A stretch of DNA of 64,000 nucleotides from positions 56,856,001 to 56,920,000 of the forward strand of contig CM052816.1 of assembly GCA_028534125.1 (NCBI GenBank), given 5' to 3'. The notes under the pieces are model-generated. The model did not search any database. It was given only the letters and a program-made list of their open reading frames with translations, and was not told the DNA's origin. The DNA comes from Lama glama. Taxonomy: Eukaryota. Each line of letters opens with the position of its first letter. Positions within the stretch are counted from its first letter, which is position 1. A program made the translations under genes and the position numbers. Shown in pieces: positions 14,914 to 25,950 of this stretch.

Positions 14914-17900
14914 CACCTACAAACCAATGAAAATAGCTCTGGGAAAGCTCTACACTACAATAAAGCAGCAGCAGAAACCTTGTGGAGCTCAAAAACTGAG
15001 GGTGGCAGCATATAAAAGCATAGGAAGCCTCTTACCTGCATCACTCCATCCCCCAGTCCAGAGCAGCTTGGTGCCAAGAAGGATCCCCTCGTTGGGATTT
15101 CACCCCACAAGGAAAAGGACCTTCGGAGAACCCGAGTAGGCCTCATTAGCAATTCACAAAGGAAAACAGAAAGTTACCTATCAATAACTAAATTACTCTA
15201 AATGTAAATGGTTTAAATTAAAAGACAAAGAGTGGCTGAATGGATAAAAACACAAGACCCAAGTATATGCTTCCTATAAGAGACTCAATTAAACTTTAAA
15301 GACACTCATAGGCTAAAAGTGAAAGGATAGAAAAAGATACTCCATGCAAATGGAAAATAAAAGAACAAGAGTAGCTATATTTATAAGACAATGTAAACTT
15401 TAAGTCAAAAGCTATAACAAAAGACAAATAAGGCCATTAGATAAAAATGAGGTCAATTCGACAAAAGGATATAACAATTGTAATTATATGCATGCCCAAT
15501 ACTGGAGCACCTAAATATATTAAGTATTTATTAACAGATGGGAAGGCAGAAATAGATAGCAATGCAAGATTAGGGGACTTCAATAACCCACTTTCAACAA
15601 CGGATAGATCATGCAGACAGAAAATCAATAAGGAAATAACGGAGTTGAACTACACTTTAGGCCAAATGGACCTAACAAACATATAAAACATTCCATCCAA
15701 CAGGAGCAGAATACACATTCTTCTCAAGTACACAGAACATCCTCCAGAACAGATCATATGTTGGGTCACAAAACTAGTCTTAACAAGTTTAAGAAGATGA
15801 AACCCATATCAAATATCTTTTCCAACCACAATGGTATGAAACTAGGAATCAATAACAAGAGGAAAGCCAGAAAAATCAGATGCGTGGAAATTAAAACATA
15901 CTTCTGAACAACCAGTTGATCAAAGGAAAAATCAAAAGGGAAATCAAAAATCCTTGAGACAAAAATAGAAACACAACATACCAAAACTTATGGGATATAG
16001 CAAAGGCAGTTCTAAAAGGGAAGTTTCTGGTGGTCGACACTTACATTATTTAAAAAAAAGAAAAAAAGAAAGAAACATACACAAATCAATAAATGTGTTA
16101 ATAAAGGCAGAAAAAGCATTTGACAAAAATTCAACATCCTTTAATAAGAACTCTCAACAAATTGGGTATAGAAGGAACATACCTCAACATAATGAAGGCC
16201 GTATATGATAAACCCACAGCTAATACCATACTCAGCAGTGAAAGGTTGAAAGCTTTTTCTCTAAGATCAGGAGCAAGACAAGGATGTCCCCTCTTACCAC
16301 TCCTATTCAATATAGTACTGGAAGTTCCAGCCACAGCAATTAGGCAAGAAAAACTAAAAGGCACCCAAATAGGGAAAAAAAAGTAGAATTTGTCTGTCTG
16401 CAGATGACATGATCTTGTATAGAAAATTCTAAGTACTCCACCAAAAAACTTAGACATAATAAATAAAGCTGCTGGATACAAAATCAACATACAAAATCTG
16501 TTGCATTTCTATACACTAATAAAGCATCTGAAGAATAAAGAAAACAGTGCCATTCACAACAGCATCAAAAACAATAAGATATTTAGGAATAAATTTAACC
16601 AAGATCTATACACCAAAAACTTTAAGACAGTGAAGAAACTGAAGACAAATAAATGGAAAGATAATCGTGTTCATGAATCAGAGGAGTTAATATTGTTAAA
16701 ATGTCCATACTACTCAAAGTCATCTACTGATTCAATGCAATCCCTACCAAAATTCCAATGACTTTTCAGAAAAATAGAAAAAACTCTCCTAAAATCTGTA
16801 TGAAACCACAAAAGATCCTGAATAGACAAAGCAATCTTAGTATGAACAAGGTTGGAAGCATCATGTCTCTTGATTTAAGGCTGTATTACAATGCTATAGT
16901 AATCAAAACAGTATAGTACTGGCATAAAAACAGACACATAGAACAGAATTTAAAGCTCAGAAATAAACCCATGCATATACAGTCAATATTTAACAAGGAA
17001 CCAAAAATACTCAATGGAAAAAGGATAGTCTCTTCAATAAACGGTGTTGGGAAAACTGGATATCCCTAAGTGAAAAAATAAAACTAGATCACTGTCTTAC
17101 ACCACTCACACAAATTAACTTGAAATGGATTAAGGACTTGTCAGACCTGAAACCATAAGAATCCTAGAAGAAAACATTGCAGGAGAAGCTCCTTATCATC
17201 ACTTCTGGCAATGATTTTTGGATTTGACACCAAAAGAAAAAGCAACAAATGCAAAAATTCAACAAGTGGGACTATATCAAACTAAAGTTTTTGCAAAAGA
17301 AACCATCAACAAACTGAAAAAGCAACCTACAGAATGGGAGAAAATATCCATGAACTATATATCTAATAAGGGATTAATACCCAAAATGTACAAGAATCTC
17401 GTATCACTCAACAGCAAAAAAAAAAAAAAAAAAAAAAAGTCTCATTTTTAAAATGGGTGGAGGACTTGAATAGACATTTTAACAAAGATGACATATAAAT
17501 AGCCAACAAGTATATGACTGATGATCAACATCATTCATGAGGGAAATGCAAAGCAAAACCACAATGAGATCACCTCACACCTGTTACCATGACTATTACC
17601 AAAAAACAAGAGTTAATGCTGGTGAAGGTGCAGAGAAAAGGTATGCACTGTTGGTTGGAATGTAAATTGGTACAGCCACTATGGAAAACTGGATGGCAGG
17701 TCCTCAAAAAATTAAAAATAAACTACCGTGTAATCCAGCAATTCCAATTCTGGGTATATAGCCTAAAGAGATGAAATCACCATCTCAAAGAGGTTTCTGC
17801 ATTTCCGTGTTCATTGCAGCATTATACACAATAGTCAAGACACGGAAATAATCTAAATGTCCATAAACAGATGAATGAATGAAGAAAATGTGATATGGGT

Positions 17901-18873
17901 AACACAATGGAATATTATTCAGCCATTAAAAAGGGAAATTTTGCCTTATGTGACAACATGGATGAACTGGAGGACATAATGCTAAGTGAAGTAAGCCACT
18001 CATAAAAAGACAAATACTGTATGCTGCATGATATCAGTAACATGTGGAATCTTTGGAAAAAAAAAGAGGCAGATTCCATAAAAATAGAATAGAATGGTGC
18101 TTTCTGGGGCTGGGGGAATTTGGAGACAGGAGGATATAACTGAAAGTCTGTACATCTTGACCTGTAAGAAAAGTCATGAGGATCTAATGTACAACATGGT
18201 GACTATGGTCCATAAAACTGTATCGTAGACTTAAAAGTTGCTGACAATAATGGATGGACCTGGAGACTGTCATTCTAAGTGAAGTAAACCAGAAAGAGAA
18301 AGAAAAATATCATATGATATCACTTATGTGTGGATTCTAAAAAAAGAGACAAATGAACTTATTTACAAAACAGAAGCAGACTGACAGACATAGAAAACAA
18401 ACTTGGTTACCAGGGCAGGAAGGGGGGTTGAGTGGAAGGGAGTGGGAAGGGACACATTGAGAGTTTGAGATTTGTAGATACTAACTGACATATATAAAAT
18501 ACATAAACAACAAGTTTATACTGTATAGCACAGGGAACTATATTCAGTATCTCGTAGTAACCTACGGTGAAAAGAACATGAAAACAAATATATGTATGTT
18601 CATGTATGACTGAAGCATTATGCTGTACACCAGAAATTCACACATTGTAAACTGACTATACTTCAATAAAAATACATATATACAAAAAAACAAAAAAAAA
18701 GCTGCTGAGAATAAATCCTGAGTATTCTCATCACAAAAAAATTAACTATATGAGGTGATGAATGTGTTAATTATCTTGATCTTGGTAATCATTCCACAGT
18801 GTCCATGTACATCAAATCATGTTGCACACTTTGACAAATATAATTGTGTGCATTTAAAATTGAGGGGGGAAAA
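14914..18873 (+). mobile_element. Degraded, internally deleted LINE-1 (L1MA-like): probable 5' UTR remnant, ORF2 endonuclease and RT remnants, 3' UTR
   Basis: ORF2 motifs TLNVNGL (~15195), GDFNNPLS (~15575), [26 protein letters not shown] and ADDMIL (~16400); flanked by imperfect TSD CAAAGATAGAC (14903-14913) / CAAAAATAGAC (18874-18884). Confidence 0.92.
18245..18696 (+). mobile_element. Younger camelid-type L1 3' end nested in the older L1
   Basis: 3' UTR with AATAAA and poly(A); TSD AAAAGTTGCTGA (18233-18244) / AAAAGCTGCTGA (18697-18708) at a TT/AAAA site. Confidence 0.9.
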
Positions 18874-20779
18874 CAAAAATAGACTTGGGGTGTCTTTGCA
18901 GTTACTGGTTCCCCATCACGGAAAGTATTCAAGGACAGTATCCAAAAGGTCAGCCACTTGGAGGTGTGCTATACCGGGGGACCGCGCATCTGCTAGACAC
19001 TAAAGGAAAATCTTTCAGGTTTCTTTCAATCCTAAGACTCTAACTCAGAACAAGAATTTCATTCATTTCCCCAGACAGAACATACCATTTCCTGAGAGGC
19101 CCGGGTAGTCTCTCATTTACATCTGAGAAGGACTAGCCATCTAACTTCTTGAGCAATTATTTTCTTTCTCTCCCCTGCATCCCAGTATTTTTCAGTGGTA
19201 TCCACACCTGGTACACAGGAAAACATTAACATCGGCCTTTGGAGGATGCTGTAAACCCGGACTTGTTGACATGACAGTTAGCAAAACTACTAACCAACCA
19301 ATATATGTATATATATTTTGCTTTGAGCACCTTACAAAGTAGCCTAAATCAGGGTCTTTGCCTGGGCCTACAGCCAAGCTGGAAAGTTGAGAAGTTAGTC
19401 AACAGTTTCAGAAAGACAGTGCTTTGAGCTTGTTTTAAGGACTACCATAGATTTTAGCTCAGAAGGAATGAGGTCTACCAGGCACAAAGTCAAAGAAGTC
19501 AGGAAGTACATGGCATGTCCCACAGGCAGTTACTAATCCTGACTAACGGGAGTCGGGGGTTCACAAGAGGAGGCAGTAGGAAACAGGTGACTTGCCGATA
19601 GCTTAAAAGGAATACCATAAGAATTACCCTCTCCTGGATAATTTCAGATGCAGAATGCCAGAAACACTAAAGGTTAGGCAAGTGGCTAGCAAACGCTTTA
19701 AGTAGCTACTATTATCTTTTTTTAAAAAATGTCAGACCCAACCTAAGCGATTCTGAACCCAGTGATTCCAATGAACAGCCAGGCTCAGAATCCTAGGTTA
19801 GGGACTCAAATAACCCATAATCTCGTTAGTCACTGAGCACCCCTACTTTTTGAAACTAACACCTGGTCATGCAGCAAATCAGGAGGCTGGTGGAGCAGGA
19901 AAATGTGGGAAACTGTTGACAAAAGACTACGCACAGACAATAAACAGGGCTCATCAGAGGGGAGAGACAAACTTGCCCCAGAGGGACTGAACCTGAACTA
20001 TCCAGCCCAATGAACACCTCTTGATCTTCACTGATACTTAGAAGCCCTTCATGAGACCGCCTTTGCTCCAGGCCCTCCTGGTTTCCAACATCCCTGCAAA
20101 GGCTAATGGTGATGTTTTCCTATGTATCAGGTGTGGAGATTTTTTATCACAAAATTCACAACGATCAGCCCACTTGTCTTTCATCTTCCCCGAGCTACAC
20201 TACCCCCTCTTCCACGTGAGGGGAGCAGGATAGCCTGTGACCCACATGCATGGGATCCAGACTTTCCTGTCTGAAATCTCTCTGGACTAAGTCCAGAAAG
20301 ATAACTCAGTTTTTTCAACCTAATGACTGTCTGGTGATCAAGGTGAGGTAAGTTAATAGTATTATTTCATAATCCCTTCAAATGCTGACTGCCTGCCCAC
20401 TGCAGGCATAGTACTGACCATGTGGACAGGACATTCCTGGCCGTACTGCCCAAGACAGGAAAGGCTGACTTGACAAAAGCCTTCCTCACCTTCAAATTTC
20501 AGGACGGTACAGAACATTAGAACCAGCGGGTTCTTAGAGACCATCAGGTCTACTCCTTTCCATTTTACCAGATGAAGAAGTTAATACCCACCGAGGGGCC
20601 AGACTTAGCCAAGGTTACACAGCTGAGGGGTCACAGGCAGCAGCCTCCATCCCTGCCTCAGACTCCCAGCTTCCCCCTGAGGTCACACTGACACCTCACT
20701 GCCTTCTCAAACCTGGAAACCCTGCTCAAGGTCCTTGTTTTTCAATGTCTATTTCCCATTTGTTATAAATACAACCATC

Positions 20780-20990
20780 ATTTTCTGGCACTTAATCTCT
20801 GCCAGGCACCACTAGAAGGGCTCTCCATAAATTAACTCACTGAATCCTCACAATAACCCTAGAGAGCAGGCTACAATGATTATCCCCATTCTACAGATGG
20901 GAAACCTGAGGTAGAGAGAGGTGGCGCAGCCAGGACAGAGCCAGGACCACCTAATGATGGCTCCAGGGTCCCCACTCTAAACCACTCTGT
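20780..20990 (-). mobile_element. MIR. Further MIR remnants at about 2960, 6190, 11570, 20510, 27930, 38810, 40020, 40745, 51320, 52500 and 62740.
   Basis: MIR core aatcctcacaataaccct...tatccccattctacagatgggaaacctgagg. Confidence 0.75.
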
Positions 20991-22059
20991 TATTGTTTAT
21001 GAGAGATAATTGCTTTAAATTATAAAATGATGGAAGAAGAGGAGCAAGGCTTAAAAAGGGTATGTTCACTAGTGTTTGATAATGAATTGAAGAGCTAAAC
21101 CAAATATTTCATTAATATATGCAATATATTTCTTAATTATTTTTAAGGGAATGCCTGTATATTTGAGGGAAACTTGGGGAGTATATAAACATTTTAAGCA
21201 TTTTTTAAAGTCAAACAAAATCTGCCACTTGAAGCAGGCAGAGTATTCCCTGAAGGCTGGTTCTACACATGCTACTATGTAAAGCAAAGGTGTCATTGTC
21301 CATCACCCTCTATGCTGGCCTTCACTCGTGGCTACAAATCAGTCCTTTTACATCAGCTTTCTATAGAAATCAAACCTCAAATTAATAAACCAAGGATTAA
21401 AGTAGGAGAACACACCTTTGAAGATGAAAATACATTTTTTATAAAAGTGTTCAAAACCAAGATCACTGGAACAGATGCCCAAGAGTCAATTACATTTTCA
21501 CTTTCCTTCATATTAAAAATGATGTCAAATCTCATTATCCTGGTCATCCAGAGAAGAAGTCCAGGAGCAATAATGGTAGAAATAAGCAAATTACAATTGT
21601 GCCTAAGATCAAATTTCAAGGGAAAAATTGCAGTCAAGTTAAGAAGACACAGTATCACATAAAAAATTACCTGACATTTTATCAGCCCAATGTCTTTGTG
21701 TTAAGTGTGCAGAAGCCCACTCAAAATGCAACAGATCCTCAAATGCTAAAATCAGAAAAGTATTGCCTTAGATATGAAAACCACAGTCTGGAGAATCAAA
21801 GCAAGGAACAATAAAAGGCACATAGTAGGCCTGCAAATATTTGTTGAATGAATATAAGAAAACGTTCACAGAAAGAGAGGAGCATGATAGAGACTGTCAA
21901 GATGGCAAAACAGCAGAGTGACACTGCGTTGAGCTTTTGAAAACTTCTTAGCCCCAGGACAAGAACAAAAGGACTAAGGATCACAGATACTGGACAAAAA
22001 TGGCAGAGTACCATCCAGTCAGAACAAAACGCTCTGACCTGACAAGAAAAGTATGTCTA

Positions 22060-22273
22060 GGGGAGAGTATAGCTCAGTGGTAGAGCGCATGCTTAGCGTG
22101 CACAAGGTCATGGGTCTGATCCCCAGTACCTCCATTAAATAAAAAATAATTAATATAAATAAACCTAATTACCCACCCTCACCTCAAAAAAAAGAAAGGA
22201 AAGAAAGAGAGAGAGAGAGAGAAAGAAAGAAAGAAAGGAAAGGGAAGGGGAGGGGAGGGAAGGGAAGAAAGAA
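22060..22273 (+). mobile_element. tRNA-derived SINE (Vic-1-like) with an expanded purine microsatellite tail
   Basis: GGGGAGAGTATAGCTCAGTGGTAGAGCG...CCCCAGTACCTCCATTAAA...AAACCTAATTACC followed by (GA)n(GAAA)n(GGGA)n. Confidence 0.9.
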
Positions 22274-22399
22274 ATCTCTATGCCCAGCTCTATGTAAGGG
22301 ATTTGAACTCAAGCCTTACAGCATGGCATAATATTTACAGTACAACCCTAATATGGCAAATTCCCTGAATTTTGGTGCATTTCAAATATAACAGTTTTT

Positions 22400-22595
22400 C
22401 AGAAAGAGACTCATAGACATACAAGACAATATGGTTACCTAGGAGTGGAAAGGGGGAGGGAAGGATAAATTAGGAGTTTGGGATTGGCTGATACAAACTA
22501 CTATGTACAGAATAAACAACAAGGCCCTACTGCATAGCACAGGGCACTATATTCAATGGCTTGAAGTAACCCATAATGAAAAAGCATACGAAAAA

Positions 22596-22633
<38 letters not shown>

Positions 22634-22705
22634 AACTGAATCACTATGTTGTACACCAGAAACTAATACAACATTGTAAATCGACTACACTTCAATTTTA
22701 AAGTT
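22400..22705 (+). mobile_element. L1 3' end fragment with internal (TA)n
   Basis: Shares actgcatagcacagggcactatattcaa...tgtacaccagaaact with the other L1 3' ends in the window. Confidence 0.85.
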
Positions 22706-24563
22706 TTTTTTTTAAATGTCACCTTGAACAAGTGAAAAAACATATATAGCACTGTTTTTAATTTAGAACTCTCAAGGGGAGTTGCCCAGCTTGACCCATC
22801 TGTTCATAACAAATTTAAGGTCACAGGAAAAATACCCTGTAGCTTCTCTGCTTCACTAAAGCAATATAAATACAAATGCAATTAGACAAAACCTACATAG
22901 ACCAGATCTGTCATATCTGATCAGTAAATTAAAGCGTAACAAAATTACAGTCAGCCTGGGAGTTTAAGAGTAATTTGGGCTCTCTACAGTATTATTCTAG
23001 CCATGTCCCAATCGTAAAGGTTTTTCTGACATTTATACCATAAATCTTTTTTCTGGGGAGTCAGCACTTGGTCATAAATTCTGGGAGAACTTGAAGTTAG
23101 AGCTTAAGTACCAATATAGTGGTTACCAATTTTGCACAGAATGCTTAATTTAGAAGTAACATTATATGCCCCTATTTGTCTTAACACCTATTTAGAACAC
23201 ATTTCTTTTTCTCATATGGCATACACTAAAGGAGGTCATGTATCAGAGCTCACCTGAAATTCCTGCCCAATTTAAGTCTTAGCTACAGCAGCAGTTTCTT
23301 ATAAGAGCACAATGAGAAAATATTCCAAACTCTTCTGCAGTACTCATATGATTTAAAAAAAAAAAAGTGTGAAACCCAAGTGAGGCCCTGGGTGAAATTT
23401 CATAGAGCCTTAGTTACCAACTACTATTTTCCTCTTTACCTTTAAGTGTTTCTAAACTGCTTAAAGGACAGGAGAGGTGCTTCAAAGGAAAGTCTAACGA
23501 CACACCTGTTATATAACCTGTTCTTAGTTGGCCGGGTTCTGTGGGTTTGATAAGGAAGAAAACACAAAAGCAGACAAACACTGATTCTCTGTTCTCCATT
23601 CTCCCATTAGCCAGGACATTCATCTGAGTCACACACCTAATAGCTAGCTCTGTGCCTCAGTTTCCCTAACCACTAAATATGAGGTCTGCTGCTATCCAAA
23701 TTCCTATTTGATCACAGTTAGTGAGCACAATAATCACACAGAAAGTCCACATCAGAACATTCCACTGAAATACTACGTTGTATAAGAAAATGCCAAAGGT
23801 TTTGGCAGTATTAACTTCTTTTACTCCAAATACTCCAAAGGAGTCAGCTTGGCCATTAATCAAGATAAAGCAAATACTTCTGTGCTTTAAGAATGTGTAT
23901 ACAGAAACCCAGGACAGATATATTAAGAAGCTTCCTAGGTAAAGCTGTCACTCTGCTTGGATTGTCATGTGCTAAGAGCAACCCACAGAACCTAAGAGGA
24001 CAGGTCTTCGATTTTGTTTTTATTGTGGAAACAGGACTTCAATTCCCCTGACATCTTCAGGGCCTAGAACACAAGATGGCAAAGTTTTAGAAAACCAGGG
24101 GTCCCATGGGACCCCACCCTCAATGATCAGTTCTTTCTAAACGTCTCATTTTTTCTGTATTTCTTACCCAGCTGGCACAGGTCTGGTGGTAAACCTCTTT
24201 AAATCTGGGTCTGCGGAGATCTGTAGGGACACAGGCTGGCGTCAAGAAGGGAAAAGTTGTGGCCATTCCTCAATCCACTCAGCTTTGATCAATGCAGGGA
24301 TGCTGTGGGTTCCTAGGGAGGTGGATGGATTCTCTCCTGGAAATCTAATTGGTGTCTGGGAAACCAGAGCTGGGTTTCCAAGGCAGCCTGAGCACCCAAC
24401 TTCCACACAGCGCTGGATAACCGAGGATGCCTCCTTGGCCAAGCACAGGCCGTCATTATGACCCCTGTGGAAACTCCCAGCACCCACACCCCAGGTATCC
24501 AAGGGGAAAACAGATCCGTAAGTTAATCTTAAGGAAATTCGACAGAATTCTGGCCGCCCCTCC

Positions 24564-24720
24564 TAAACAAGTACTATATAGCACAGGGAACTATATTCAG
24601 TAACCTGTAATGAAAAAGAACATATGCATGTATATGTATGACTGAAGTGTTATGCTGTACACCAGAAACTGACACAACATTGTAAACTGACTACACTTCA
24701 ATTAAGAAAGAAAGGAAGAA
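24564..24720 (+). mobile_element. L1 3' end fragment abutting the CpG island
   Basis: tatagcacagggaactatattcag...tgtacaccagaaactgacacaacattgtaaactgactacacttcaa. Confidence 0.85.
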
Positions 24721-24779
24721 CCATAGATGCCTTAAAAGCACGTTTCCACACGAAAGAAATGTTAGCGCTTGTGTCTTGA

Positions 24780-25950
24780 GCTTCCGCCTGGTCTGCGACT
24801 CCCTTGGGACCCGGCCCTGCCGAGCACCCTCACCCCGGAGCCCGGCACTGATGGAGAAGGGAGACCCCAGGTTCCGAGGCTCTCCCTTCTCCAAGGAAAG
24901 AAGACCACTTACTTCTCCAGGGCCCAAAGGACACCGGCCGGGACTCCACCCGCCCCTCCCCATCCCCAGAGCGGGGCCGGCGCGGACGAGAGGGGCCGCG
25001 CCGCCGGGCGACCCCACGCTCCGCAGCTGCCGCCGCCGCCGCCGCCGCGCCGGGCCGCGCAGCCTCTGCACTTGTTGCGGTCCCCCAGGGACCGGGAGGC
25101 GGGGGCCATCCCCCGCGCAGCCGGGCCCGCGGCAGCACCCGCTTTCCACCCCTACGGACCCTCGCGCCCCCCGGGACCCTGGAGAAAGTAGCTCGGCCAA
25201 GGCGAACTCAGGTGAGGCGGGCGAACGTTTCCGCCCCGTGCGGCCGGGAGACGCGGGGATGGAGCCCGCCAAAGAGCACTTACCCGAAGCGGCGGCTCCG
25301 CAGCCTCCCGCGCGCGAGCGAAGCGCTGCGCCCGCGCCCTGCCGGAGGGCGCCCGGAACGCCCGCCGGAGCCCGGGAGGCTCTCCCGAAGCGGCCCACGC
25401 CCGGCGGCGGCGCGGCCAGGCCAGAGCCAGGGGGCGGAGTCGAGGCCGCGCTCCCGGGCCGTGGTGGCTGCGCCCGCCGCGGGGGCCGCCCCGCTCGCTC
25501 CGCGCCTGCCGGCTGCCACTGGATCCCCGCCTGCCCGCCTCCCCGCCCCGGCATCACATGGCCCGGCCCGGCCCGGCCGCCGCCGCGCCCGACACCGGCT
25601 CCAGGAGGAAACCTGAAGCTGCCCGACCGCGCGGGCTCCGCGGGCCCCTCCCGCCGCCGGCGGCCGCTCGCCTCGGCCTCCCTCCCCCGCCCCCAGCGTC
25701 CGGACCGGCGGGGGCTCCCGGCCCCCGAGCGAGGGGCCAGCTGCCCACTCCTGACAGGAGGTGTGCGGGGCCCAAGGGAGGCCCACGCTGTCCTCAGCCA
25801 AAAGCCACCATACCTGTGACACAACGTGGCCCAATTCGTACCTGAAGCTCAGCAGACGCCCTCTTGATGCTCGAGGCTCACGTTCCTCGAGCCCAGAGTT
25901 TTCGCGAGCTGCGATTCCCTGCACGTTCATGCCCGCCAGTGGCTCCGTTA
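24780..25950 (-). promoter_or_regulatory. ARHGEF28: CpG island, inferred ARHGEF28 (RGNEF) promoter
   Basis: Very GC/CpG-rich with multiple GC boxes and two minus-strand GTAAGT donors. Identity rests on the conserved gene order ANKRA2-UTP15-ARHGEF28; no ARHGEF28 coding sequence was seen in the window. Confidence 0.75.
25284..25450 (-). other. ARHGEF28: Putative ARHGEF28 non-coding exon 1 (5' end approximate)
   Basis: Near-consensus donor CGG|GTAAGT at 25284/25283, downstream of GC boxes at 25431-25549. Confidence 0.65.

Larger units (their letters stand above)
13500..19050 (+). mobile_element. Ancient CR1/L3 LINE remnant, interrupted by a MIR (~14350-14530) and the L1 at 14914-18873
   Basis: Degenerate RT-like segment atcaaatctgtggataac (~14065) and a CR1-like 3' region that resumes after the L1 (ttccccatcacggaaagtattcaag...tttcaatcctaagactct). 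Confidence 0.65.

Noticed and set aside
15170..17780. L1 ORF2 fragments as an active reverse transcriptase gene
   Set aside because: Many stops, frameshifts and deletions; the element is dead.
22060..22132. tRNA-like sequence (also at 11820-11891 and 31520-31595)
   Set aside because: Followed by a shared SINE body, an A-rich tail and TSDs, so these are SINE heads and not tRNA genes.
1..24700. ARHGEF28 coding exons
   Set aside because: No segment resembling the ARHGEF28 N-terminus was seen; the first coding exon probably lies left of the window, although the gap could hide sequence.
24691..25930. Long ORFs (377, 347 and 216 aa) in the CpG island
   Set aside because: Overlapping on both strands, low-complexity G/P/R/A content and no recognisable domain; expected from stop-codon scarcity in GC-rich DNA.
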